In this document: positions 50,504 through 63,089 of the stretch, piece after piece | Layout: every line of letters starts with the position of its first letter | How positions within the stretch are numbered: position 1 is the first letter of the stretch | Origin: Neocallimastix sp. 'constans' | Taxonomy: Eukaryota | Assembly (NCBI GenBank): GCA_050613775.1 | Contig: JBODTK010000144.1 | Location: forward strand, 372,001-435,089 | Length of the DNA: 63,089 nucleotides | Reading direction: 5' to 3' | Translations under genes and position numbers: made by a program | The notes under the pieces: model-generated | Told to the model about the DNA's origin: nothing | The model's database searches: none | The model's input: the letters and a program-made list of their open reading frames with translations, nothing else

Positions 50504-51162
50504 AAAAAGTAATTATTATAAATATTATATACTTTTTATTTTCAAAATTAAGAAATAATTCTATATACTGAAGAAGTTCAATTAATGAAATTTCATATTA
50601 AATATAAAATTATTTAATATATAATACATAATATATCCTTTTTATTATTATTATTATAATTATTATTATTATTATTATTATTATTTTATTCATTATTAGT
50701 TAGATAAAATTATAGAAGTATTAGTGGAAGCATTTTTTGTTATAATATATATTAAATAATAAAAATCAAATATTAAATATTAAGCATCATATATTATATA
50801 AAAATAAAAATAGAGAATAAATACTTCACAAAAATATAAATTTTATAATTAATATTATTTTCTAACATATAAATCAATATATAAGCATAATCTTTTTATA
50901 TTATATAACTATATTAGTAAAAAATTAAAGGATTAATATTGAGTAGCAATATATAAGTTAGTATATCTTATATTTCCTATATATAAATTACATTAGAAAT
51001 ATTGAAATTTTAAACTCTTAAATTTCTACCTTTTAAATAAATTTAATGTTATATATATTATATATATATATTTAAAAAAATTAAATAAAATATTTTTTTT
51101 TAAAAATTTAATTTAATTAAAAAATAATATTTATTACTATAAAGGTATCAAATACAAATAAT

Positions 51163-53416
51163 ATGTCAATGTCAGGTTCAAATATTATTGAAGATAATAG
51201 TAATGTTCCAGTTGTATCTATTCAGCTTGTATCTTTTCCAGATACAAGTAGAAGTCCAAATCCATTAACATTTGATAAAATTGAACGTGATCTTATCGAA
51301 GGAATGGTAGTTAAAATTGGACGACAAGTGAATAGACCAGGAAATAATAATGATAATATTGCTAATGATAATGCAATTTGGTTTAAAAGTAAAGTCGTTA
51401 GTAGAAGTCATGCTGAAATTTGGGCAAAGGATGGACAAGTAAATAAATTCTTTTGTTATTGAAATAATGTTAATATAATGTTTTAATATTGAGTTTACCT
51501 TGTATAAAGTTTAAAAACAATTATTTTTATATATAATATCTCGTATTGCTATTTTAAAATAAAATTGTTATTATTATTATTATTGTTATTATTATTATTG
51601 TTATTATTATTGTTGTTATTATTATTATTGTTATTATTATTATTGTTATTATTATTGTTGTTATTATTATTATTGTTATTATTATTATTGTTATTATTGT
51701 TATTGCTGTTATTATTATTATTATTGTAATTATTATTACTGTTATAATATTTTATTAATGTTTCCTTGTAACTTTTATATTATTGAAAGGTATATCTTAA
51801 AGATACTGCTAGTTCTTCAGGTACTTTCTTAAATCATATGAGACTTAGTCCATCTGGAAAAGAAAGTAGACCATATCCTTTAAAAGATAATGATATTATT
51901 CAATTAGGTATTGACTATCAAGGAAAATCAGAAGGTAATAATAAATAATTAATAAAAGGATATATACTTAAAATATTAATTATATTAAAATTTTATATTA
52001 TTATATTATTATTTTATTTGTTTATATATTAATTAATATATTGCAAAATTTTTTATATTAATTATTAAATTACTATTATTTCTTCTTAATAATATTTTTT
52101 CATGAAAAAAAATTATATATTTATAATTCAGATATATACAAATGTGTTATTATAAAAATTGTTATAGTTAATAGAAAGGTTATACAGCAACGTAGACAAG
52201 CTAATCCAACTAGGTAAAAAAAAAAAAAAAAAAAAAAAAAAACATTAAAAGATAAATACATATCAAATAAATTATAATAATAATAATTAATAATTAATAA
52301 TTAATAATTAATAATTAACATTATTTTTTCTATATATTATATTATTTGATAATATAATTATATATATATTATTATGTTTATAAATTATATATACAATATC
52401 TTTTATATAAATTATATTATTTATATTTTTATCTTTTTTAATATTTTAATAATTATTATAAACGAAATTTTACGAATTATAAAAAAAAAAAAATTATCTT
52501 ATCTTCATTCTTATTTTAAAAAATTAATAGATTTAGAGCTGCTTTAAAAGCACTTTTATCAGCAACCAATCCATATTCTAGTCATTCTGCGGATGATGAT
52601 ATTAATTCAAAGAGTTCAGTTGATTGTTGTATTTGTTTGTGTGGTATAGGGCCATTTCAAGCATTATTTGTTGCTCCATGTTCTCACTGTTTCCATTATA
52701 AATGTGTAACTCCTATACTTTCAACTGGTAATATGTTCCAATGTCCATTATGTCGTCAAGTTGCTAATTTAGTAGCTAGTGTTAGTATGGAAAGTTTCAG
52801 TGGATTAGATGATGATGTTGATACAAATGGTTTATCAAGTTCACCAGGTATTTTATCTAGTACACCAATTACTACTGTTTCAACAACTAGAAGACCAGTT
52901 CATACTTTAAGAGTGGATGATAGTGAAGATATAAGAAATCAATTAAATAATAGATTAAATAATGCAAGTACAGATACAAATTGCACTAATGTTCCACTTA
53001 ATCAAGATATGGGTGATGTAGGAAATAATCAAGAAATTGGACATAGTAACCTTCATAATTCTATTTTCCCTGATAATAACAGTAATTCCAATGTAAATAA
53101 TGCATCAAACCCTATAAATATAAATAATAATAATAGCAATGATAATGGATCAAATACTAATAATAATTTAAATAATAATTATATAAATAATACTTCCTCT
53201 AATTTTGAAAATAATGGAAATCAATTAAATGGAATCAATTCACGTGCACGGGTTTTAACATCAGAGAACTTAAATGGTATTCTATCTGATATGGACAATG
53301 AAGATTCATTAGCACCAGTTAATCTTAATGGTGCTGAAAGAGATGGTGATGGTATTAATCTTGCCACACATCTTATGAATAATATGGATATTCATGAACA
53401 ACATGGACAACATTAA
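51163..53416 (+). CDS. DMA1: FHA + RING-H2 E3 ubiquitin ligase, Dma1/Dma2 family (4 coding exons)
   Basis: FHA motifs IGR, FKSKVVSRSHAEIW, YLKDTASSSGTFLNHMRLSP, IQLGIDYQG; RING DCCICL..QALFVAPCSHCFHYKC..FQCPLCR; exons ~51163-51438, 51790-51934, 52132-52213, 52531-53416. Confidence 0.9.
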
Positions 53417-53815
53417 ATTAATGCATTAAAATAAAATTATAAAAATAATAATAGTTTTAAAATATATATATATAAATTAAAAAAGTTTAAAAAAAATAAA
53501 AAATTAAAAAAAAAATTAATATAAATATCTACTACTTTTGTTAATAATATAATAATAATTGATAATAAAAATTAATTAATAAATAATAATTATAATAAGA
53601 ATTAATAACAATAAAAAAATAATAATAATAATTTAAAAAAATAAAATTTCTCCCTTTTTTTCTTTTTTTTTTCTTTTTTTTTTTTTTTTCATTTTTCTTT
53701 TAAATATAAATTTTTTATTAATCCAAATCAAAAAATAACATAAAGCAATAATAATATTCTTTTTTCAAAAAATAAAATAAGATAAAAAATAAAAATTAAA
53801 ATAAATTATTGAAAA

Positions 53816-53885
<70 letters not shown>

Positions 53886-53907
53886 TAATTAAAAAACAAA
53901 AACAATG

Positions 53908-53963
<56 letters not shown>

Positions 53964-55048
53964 TAAAAATAAATAAATAAAAATAAAATAAAATATAAAA
54001 TATAGTATAATATTAATAATGTGTATAATAAAGTTGATTTTTTTTGTAAAAATTTTATTGTCATTTTAATAACAGTACAGGTATAAAGTTGGCTCAATAA
54101 ATCAACTATTCAATTTTGAGAACCCAATAAATAGGAGAAGTAGAAATTACCCTTCTAAAAAAAAGACAATAATTTATATTTTAAGAATTATTATTATAAT
54201 ATTATAATTATTATGTATCATTTATCATACTTGACTTTATTATTAATGAATAACTAATACAAATATTAATAATTGATAAAAATTAAATGTAGACTTTTTT
54301 ATATATTAAATATTATATATAATATATAAAATTTTATTATTATATTTATTATTATATTATCAATAATAAATAAATAATAATAAATTTTTATATCACAACT
54401 AATAAAACATGAGTTTATATATGAAAATATAGGGGAAGTTGCATTACGCCAATTTTTTCACGTGATATATATAAATTTGTGGCTATAGCTATATTATACT
54501 ACATAATATTATTTTATTGTATTATTTTGTTATTTCAATTTTTAAATTAATTATTAAGTGAATAATTAAATAAATCATATAATGGTTAGATTTTTTGATT
54601 TTAATTCTTTTTTTTAATAATAATTCTTTTATTTAAATGTTATTAAAAATATAAATATTATTAATTATTTTACTTAAATGTTATTAATAAAAAAAAAACA
54701 CATAAAAATATAAATGTTATTAATAATAATTCTTTTACTTAAATGTTATTAAAAATATAAAACTAATAATAATAATTTTTTTATTTAAATTTTATTAATA
54801 AAAAATTATATAAAATTACAAATGTTATTAAAAATATAAATTTTATTAATAATAATTCTTTTCTTTTAAAAATTATTAAGCGAAATAATAATTATAATGA
54901 TAAAACTATAAATTATACATTGTATTTGAATATTTATTAAAACTGTATAAATTTAATATGCTTTATAAATTAAATTATTGAATGACAGAATTCTGATTAT
55001 TTCATTTGGTCATTCCTCATTTCTTAATTATTTATTATAAAGTAATAT

Positions 55049-56475
55049 TTATATTATATTATTTAAATTAGTTAAACAATCAAACCACAAATTAATAATT
55101 TTATTTCTATCACATTTAGCATCAATTAACTTGGCTTCAATACTTTTGAAGCGTTCAATTAAGACACTGATTTCATTAGCTTTATTTATTGCTCTTTTTT
55201 TTATTTTCCAAATTCCTCTTATTTTTCTTTGATAATCATAATATGATAAATGTTCAAGTTCATTTAATTTATCTATTAATTTATAAAAAGATGGTTTTGT
55301 TGGAAATAAATTATTTAAATAATTATTGAGTGATTCTGAGGCATTGTTTGTTATATGTTCTATATTATTATAATAATTCCAAATTTTCATATCATAATCA
55401 ATTAAATATGTTTTATAAAAATATTCTAAAAATTTTAAAAATTGACAATAATTATTTTTAATGGATTTAATTTTAATTATAACATAAATATCAAATATAT
55501 ATTCAGGATTTATAAATGGTAAATTTGAAATAGCTTTATAATAAATAAATATATTATTATTATTTTTTACTTCATTATAGCATAATTTATTTTTTTTAAT
55601 TTCTAGTGATTTTTTATAATGCCAAATGCAATATTTAATATTTGTATTAGGAAATATTGTTTTTGCTGCTTTAGATATGGCCCTTTCAAAATCACAATGC
55701 AAATTTTTTGGTTCAATTCTAATATTATTGTTACATGTATTAGCATTTTTTTTCAATTTTTCAAATAACATTTTATATGTTTCTTGTTCTTTATTTTTTA
55801 ATATTGCAAAAGAAGTAGTGTAAAAACTATCTAATTCTTTAGCATAAGTTCTTGTAATAAATACTTGATAACTAAATTTAGGGGCAATAAAAAATGTACC
55901 ATCAACAAATATATCATCATTATATTCCCTAAATAATTTTGCTTGAAAAGGGGATTGAAAAATTATTAAATTAGAATTTTTGAATATCATAAAATTTTCA
56001 CCTCGCTTTGTTTTATAATATTCAGATTCACTTGGAATTTCAGCAAATGTTGTTACATTGGATGGTAGTTTTTTATTTAAATTTCTTGATATTTGGGATT
56101 TAATTGAATTATATTCTTGACATATAAGTCCCATTTCTTTAGAAATTTTATTATATAGGAGTTTTATTTTTATACCAAAAGGAATTGAACTTTTTTCAAT
56201 TCCATCTTTAATTTTATGTTTCATTATAGATAGGGATACATCGTATTCATTTTCAGGATGATTATGTGAACTATTATACTTTAAAATTTCTTTCTTATCA
56301 TTTAAAATAATAAAAGATTTACATTTATTTATTTTTTTTTATATTCTGTACATTTATACACTTTGGAATTATCTTTTCTTTTATATGAAAAATTAAATTT
56401 ATATTTTTTATTAATAATAATTTGTTCTTTTCCTTTGTTGGATTCACTTATATCAATAATTAAATTTTCTTCCAT
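55049..56475 (-). CDS. MULE DDE transposase with N-terminal FLYWCH/WRKY-like zinc finger; one frameshift at 56332-56340
   Basis: Catalytic motifs IFVDGTF, LHCDFERAI, CIWH, TNNASESLN. Upstream ATG 56475 gives MEENLIIDISESNKGKEQIIINKKYKF...YKCTEYKK, continuing in the -1 frame as NKCKSFII...HNH into the tracked ORF. Confidence 0.88.
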
Positions 56476-56927
56476 TTCTATATTTTTATAAATATTTTTT
56501 AATTATATAATTATAATTATTATATTAATTATCCAATATTATTCGTAATATTAATTTTGAAAAATTAGTTTTTCAATTATTTGTAAAATAAATAAATAAA
56601 TAAATAAAGAATGTAATAATATAAGTACAAGTATATAAAATAAAATAAATATTAAATGTAATATTATAAAAGTACAAGTATATATAATAGAATAAATATT
56701 TATTATTTTTTTTTATTAAAGAATATTAAAGACAATTTATTTTAAAAATAAAATGTTTTATTTAATTATATATGTTAGAAAGCAAAAAATCATTTATATT
56801 TAATGAGATTATTAACTACCAATAATATTAAACTACATCATTAATTGAATATAATAAAAATGTAAAAAATTTTCATTTTGAAAACATTGATCTTTAATAT
56901 TCTTTAATAAAAATTAATAATAGATAT

Positions 56928-59640
56928 TTATTTTATTTTATTTTATTTTATTTTATTCAATCTGTACTTTATTTTTAATATTCTACTATTTATTTTATTT
57001 TATTTTATTTTATTTTTATTAATACTTTATTCTTTTATATTACTTCATTATTTATTTAATTTTATTTTATTTTATTTTATTTTATTTTATTTTATTTTAT
57101 TTTATTTTATTTTATTTTATTTTATTTTATTTTATTTTATTTTATTTTATTTTATTTTATTTTATTTTATTTTATTTTATTTTATTTTATTTTATTTTAT
57201 TCAATCTGTACTTTATTTTTAATATTCTACTATTTATTTTATTTTATTTTATTTTATTTTATTTTATTTTATTTTATTTTATTTTATTTTATTTTATTTT
57301 ATTTTATTTTATTTTATTTTATTTTATTTTATTTTATTTTATTTTATTTTATTTTATTTTATTTTATTTTATTTTATTTTATTTTATTTTATTTTATTTT
57401 ATTTTATTTTATTTTATTTTATTTTATTTTATTTTATTCAATCTGTACTTTATTTTTAATATTCTACTATTTATTTTATTTTATTTTATTTTATTTTATT
57501 TTATTTTATTTTATTTTATTTTATTTTATTTTATTTTATTTTATTTTATTTTATTTTATTTTATTTTATTTTATTTTATTTTATTTTATTTTATTTTATT
57601 CAATCTGTACTTTATTTTTAATATTCTACTATTTATTTTATTTTATTTTATTTTATTTTATTTTATTTTATTTTATTTTATTTTATTTTATTTTATTTTA
57701 TTTTATTTTATTTTATTTTATTTTATTTTATTTTATTTTATTTTATTTTATTTTATTTTATTTTATTTTATTTTATTTTATTCAATCTGTACTTTATTTT
57801 TAATATTCTACTATTTATTTTATTTTATTTTATTTTATTTTATTTTATTTTATTTTATTTTATTTTATTTTATTTTATTTTATTTTATTTTATTTTATTT
57901 TATTTTATTTTATTTTATTTTACTTTATTTTATTTTATTTTATTTTATTTTATTTTATTTTATTTTATTTTATTCAATCTGTAATTTATATTCACATTCT
58001 ACTATTTATTTTATTTTATTTTATTAAATACGTACTTTATATTCATATTCTACTATTTATTTTATTTTATTTTATTAAATACGTACTTTATATTCATATT
58101 CTACTATTTATTTTATTTTATTTTATTAAATATGTACTTTATATTCACATTCTACTATTTATTTTATTTTATTTTATTAAATACGTACTTTATATTCATA
58201 TTCTACTATTTATTTTATTTTATTTTATTCAATCTGTACTTTATATTTAATATTCTACTATTTATTTTATTTTATTTTATTTTATTTTATTTTATTTTAT
58301 TTTATTTTATTTTATTTTATTTTATTTTATTTTATTTTATTTTATTTTATTTTATTTTATTTTATTTTATTTTATTTTATTTTATTTTATTTTATTTTAT
58401 TTTATTTTATTTTATTTTATTTTATTTTTATTAATACTTTATTCTTTTATATTACTTCACTATTTATTTTATTTTATTTTATTTTATTTTATTTTATTTT
58501 ATTTTATTTTATTTTATTTTATTTTATTTTATTCAATCTGTACTTTATTTTTAATATTCTACTATTTATTTTATTTTATTTTATTTTATTTTATTTTATT
58601 TTATTTTATTTTATTCAATCTGTACTTTATATTCATATTTCAACTATTTATTTTATTTTATTTTATTTTTATTAATACTTTATTCTTTTATATTACTTCA
58701 CTATTTATTTTATTTTATTTAATTTTATTTTATTTTATTTTATTTTATTTATTTTATTTTATTTTATTCAATCTGTACTTTATATTTAATATTCTACTAT
58801 TTATTTTATTTTATTTTATTTTATTTTATTTTTATTAATACTTTATTCTTTTATATTACTTCACTATTTATTTTATTTTATTTAATTTTATTTTATTTTA
58901 TTTATTTTATTTTATTTTATTTTATTTTATTTTATTTTATTTTATTTTATTTTATTTTATTTTATTTTATTTTATTTTATTTTATTTTATTTTTATTAAT
59001 ACTTTATTCTTTTATATTACTTCATTATTTATTTTATTTTATTTTATTTTATTTTATTTTATTCAATCTGTAATTTATATTCACATTCTACTATTTATTT
59101 TATTTTATTTTATTAAATACGTACTTTATATTCATATTCTACTATTTATTTTATTTTATTTTATTAAATATGTACTTTATATTCATATTCTACTATTTAT
59201 TTTATTTTATTTTATTTTATTTTATTTTATTCAATCTGTACTTATATTTATGTTTCTACTATTAATTTTATTTTATTTTATTTTATTTTATTTTATTTTA
59301 TTTTATTTTATTTTATTTTATTTTATTTTATTTTATTTTATTTTATTTTATTTTATTTTATTTTATTTTATTTTATTTTATTTTATTTTATTTTATTTTA
59401 TTTTATTTTATTTTATTTTATTTTATTTTATTTTATTTTATTTTATTTTTATTAATACTTTATTCTTTTATATTACTTCACTATTTATTTTATTTTATTT
59501 TATTAAATATGTACTTTATATTCATATTCTACTATTTATTTTATTTTATTTTTTTATTTTATATTATTTTATTTTATTCAATCTGTACTTTATATTCATA
59601 TTCTACTATTTATTTTATTTTATTTTATATATTTTTATTA
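56928..59640 (+). repeat. Complex satellite inside the MULE: conserved ~30-37-bp cores separated by variable (ATTTT)n tracts
   Basis: Recurring cores CAATCTGTACTTTATTTTTAATATTCTACTATTT, TAAATACGTACTTTATATTCATATTCTACTATTT and TTAATACTTTATTCTTTTATATTACTTCACTATTT. Confidence 0.92.
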
Positions 59641-60256
59641 TTATATTCTTTATTTATTTATCTATTTATTAATTAATTTATACATTTATTTATTTTAAAA
59701 TTAATTGTATTATAATTTTTTATGGCGTTAACAAAAAATTTTACAAGCCATTAAAAATAAATGGCGTATTGAAAATTTGTATTTTAAAAATTGGCGAAAT
59801 GAACCACATTCGAAAATATAATATAAAATGATATAATAACAAAAAAAATTAGTATTAAATAAAATACCATTTAAGAAGTTAATATATTAGTTGGTTCTTT
59901 TCTATATACTAAAAATATTAAAAACCATATATAAATTGAAAAAATAGAATTTAAATGGGTTTATTTAAATCAATTGTATATATAAAAAATATTATAATAA
60001 AAAAAATTAATATTATAAAAAAAATTTTTTTATTTATTATTATTAAAAATGATATTTTTGTTATTCATTTATTTACTTTTAAGAATTTTTTTTTTCTTTT
60101 TAAAAAATATAAATTATTTATACAAAATATTAAATAAAATAAAATATATTTAGTATTAAATTTTTTATATATTTTTTGTTTTATAATTGATCAATATTTT
60201 ATAAAATAAATATTTTTTAAATTTTCAACCAATAAAAATCTTTAATTTTTTATTAT

Positions 60257-60300
<44 letters not shown>

Positions 60301-60378
60301 TATAAATACATAAAAAAATTATTGTAATTTATTTTTATTTTAATTTTTTTCTTTTCAATAATATAATATTCACATAAA

Positions 60379-62356
60379 ATGACTGATTATCAACGTTTAA
60401 TAATAAAAAAATATCCAAGAATTGAAACTGGATATTCTAATGAATATTACTGGAAAAAATTTAAAGTAATTAAAATAAAAATTTAAAATTAATATTATTA
60501 TATTATTAAATGCTAACAGAAATCTAACTTTTAAAAATATATTTATTTTTTTTTCTATTAATAAACCAATAATTCAAATTTTGAAAATCAAATACTATTC
60601 TATAATTTATAAATTATATATAAATTATAATTTTAAAATAAAATAAATTAATAAAATGAAAAATAAAAATAAAAAAAAATAGAATCCAATTTTAGTTAAA
60701 GAACATGGCCCAATTAATTCTATTTATTTTTCACCTGTAGAACCACATAATTTTGCTGTTACTAGTTCAGCAAGAGTACAAATTTATAGTCCAGTATCTA
60801 ATACTGTAAAAAAAACTATATCAAGATTTACTGATATTGCATACAGTGGTCATATAAGAAGTGATGGACAATTAATTGTTGCTGGTGATGCAACCGGTTT
60901 AATTCAAGTAAAAATAGAAAATAAAATAATTTTTTTAGCATATTATACTTTTTTTTTTTTTTTTTTTCTTTAAATGATTTATAAAAAAATCTTTTTATTA
61001 GTCATGTTTTTAATTATTTTTTAATTAATATTTTTATATTTATTATTATTTATACAATAAATGTTTATATTATTATATTATTATTAAATTTTATTAGATG
61101 TTTGATCTTAATAGTAGAGCTATTTTAAGAACTTTCCGTGAACATTCAAAGTAAATTTCATATATTTTAAGAATTTTGAATATCGATTTATATTATTTCA
61201 AATACAAAAAGATTAATTTAATATAAATATAATAAAGAAATCTAATTGAAATTTCTAAATCATTAACTAAAAAATTAAATATATAAATAAAATTTATATT
61301 ATAATATAAATAACCATTATTTTATTCAAATTATATATATATATAAAAAAAATAAAATTAAAATGCAAAAAAAATTTTTTTAAATAATAAATAGACCAGT
61401 TCATGTCACCAAATTCTCTTCAAATAAGACTCAAATATTATCAGCTTCTGATGATAAAACTGTTAAACTTTTAGATATTCCAGGACAATCCGTTTTAAAT
61501 AACTTTGATGAGCATATAGTAATTTTTTTTTTTTTTAATAATTTAAAAAAAATATTAAAATTTATGTTTATGTATCTTTATCTATATCTATATGTATGCT
61601 TAATAATAATAAATTATAATTTTATATTTATATAATTCTATAATTTTTAATAAAAGGATTATGTTCGAACTGCTCTTGTTTCACAAGATAATTCTAATAT
61701 TATTCTTTCAGGTAAATAAAATTATATATAATTATACATAATTATATCTATATAAAGTATTACTAAAATATGAAATTCATATATAATTATATAATTATAC
61801 TAAATTATGTACAAACAAATTAATTATATATTTCTGTATTATTTAAATTTTAATCATTATATTTATAATATTTTTATTGATTAACAATATATAATTTTAA
61901 TATATATAAAATTTTTTACTTTTTTTATTTTTTAAAAAAAAAAAATAATTAATAAATTATTAAAGGCTCTTATGATCATACTGTAAAATTATGGGATGCC
62001 AGAGAAAATAAATGTACTTTAACATTAGATCATGGTGCACCAGTTGAAAGTGTTTTATTATACCCAGGTGGTGGTTTAGCTGTTTCTGTTGGTGGAAATT
62101 ATATGAAAATCTGGGATATTTTAGCTGGAGGAAGAACTCTTAGAACATTATCTAATCATCAAAAGACCATTACTTCAGTTATATTTGATAATTCCTGTAC
62201 AAAGATTTTAACAGGTTCCTTAGATCATCATGTTAAAATTTATGATGTTCAAGACTTTAATGTGGAACACAGCTTAAAATACGAATCGCCAATTTTAAGT
62301 TTAGGATTATCAGTATGTATTAATATTTGCATAATTAAATAGATATAATAATTATC

Positions 62357-62387
<31 letters not shown>

Positions 62388-63089
62388 TATTATTATTATT
62401 ATTATTATTATTGTTGTTGTTGTTGTTGTTGTTGTTGTTACTATTATTATTATTATTAAAAATTAATTATATATATATTTAATTAAAATCTATTTTTATT
62501 TTTACTTTTATTATTTATTTATTTATTTATTTATTTATTAAATTTACTTTTACTGTTTTTTAATCTTATTTAATCATATAGCCAGATGATACACACCTTG
62601 TGGTTGGTATGGCTTCTGGTTTATTATCCATTCGTCAACGTATTGTTCATTCTGAAGAAATGGCTTTCGAAAAGGAAACCACTGCACCATTCCCAGGTAC
62701 TTACAATTACTTTATGCGTGGTACTGCTACTAAACCAAAACACGTATATATTAAATAATTAAATATATATATAAATAAAAAAATTTTATTTTTATTAAAT
62801 TAATTATAACAATCTACATATATATATTATTTATATATATATATATATATATATTCAATTCTGTTTTATTCTTTTGTTTTATATAGACTGATTTAAAGGT
62901 TGAAAAAAGGAGAAGAACTAAGCTTAAGAATTACGATCGTTATTTAAAGACTTTCAGATATGGACAAGCATTAGATGCTGTTTTAGATTCATCAAAGGTA
63001 TATTTTATATCATAATATAATATTAAAATAAGATTTATTATTTTTTAACAAAAATAAAAATAAAAATAAAAATAAAAATAAAAATAAAA
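60379..63089 (+). CDS. UTP15: U3 snoRNP/SSU processome WD40 protein Utp15 (multi-exon, runs off the window end)
   Basis: YWKKFK, FSPVEPHNFAVTSSARVQIYS, ISRFTDIAYSGHIRSDGQLIVAGDATG, DYVRT, SGSYDHTVKLWDAR, HGAPVESVL, NHQKTITS, GSLDHHVKIYD. Confidence 0.92.

Larger units (their letters stand above)
54432..59811 (-). mobile_element. Complete Mutator-like (MULE) DNA transposon, 5380 bp, with 9-bp target-site duplication
   Basis: GAAAATATA at 54423-54431 and 59812-59820; imperfect 26-bp TIRs GGGGAAGTTGCATTACGCCAATTTTT and (revcomp) GAATGTGGTTCATTTCGCCAATTTTT; internal MULE transposase. Confidence 0.9.

Noticed and set aside
56928..59640. CRISPR-like array (repeats with spacers)
   Set aside because: Spacers are (ATTTT)n of very variable length rather than unique sequences; no cas genes; eukaryotic transposon context.
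58132..59672. FYFIL-repeat ORFs
   Set aside because: Translations of the (ATTTT)n satellite.

Overview
Extremely AT-rich, intron-rich eukaryotic DNA with fungal-type genes; composition and intron style suggest an anaerobic gut fungus (Neocallimastigomycota; inference). Host genes: ZW10/Dsl1 (2034-7463,+), tropomyosin (18367-19916,+), an unidentified ~2000-aa multi-pass membrane protein (32398-39829,-), Cet1-type mRNA triphosphatase (42087-44326,+), Leo1 (45722-48196,+), Dma1-like FHA-RING ligase (51163-53416,+) and the 5' part of Utp15 (60379-end,+). Mobile DNA: a probable Mutator-like (MULE) terminus at 1-454, an eroded LINE relic (~7984-10590), a ~10-kb pile of co-oriented nested APE-RT LINEs (21726-31714) and a complete MULE with 9-bp TSD (54432-59811) carrying a complex satellite. 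Most notable: the intact LINE ORF is joined directly to the 3' half of an antisense 5S rRNA gene; the tropomyosin has a symmetric 38-codon exon giving 199- or 161-aa products, the lengths of yeast Tpm1 and Tpm2; and the MULE transposase needs a -1 shift at an A9 run to gain its N-terminal domain. Most short ORFs in the track are microsatellite or intron read-through artefacts. All calls were made by eye, without database searches.
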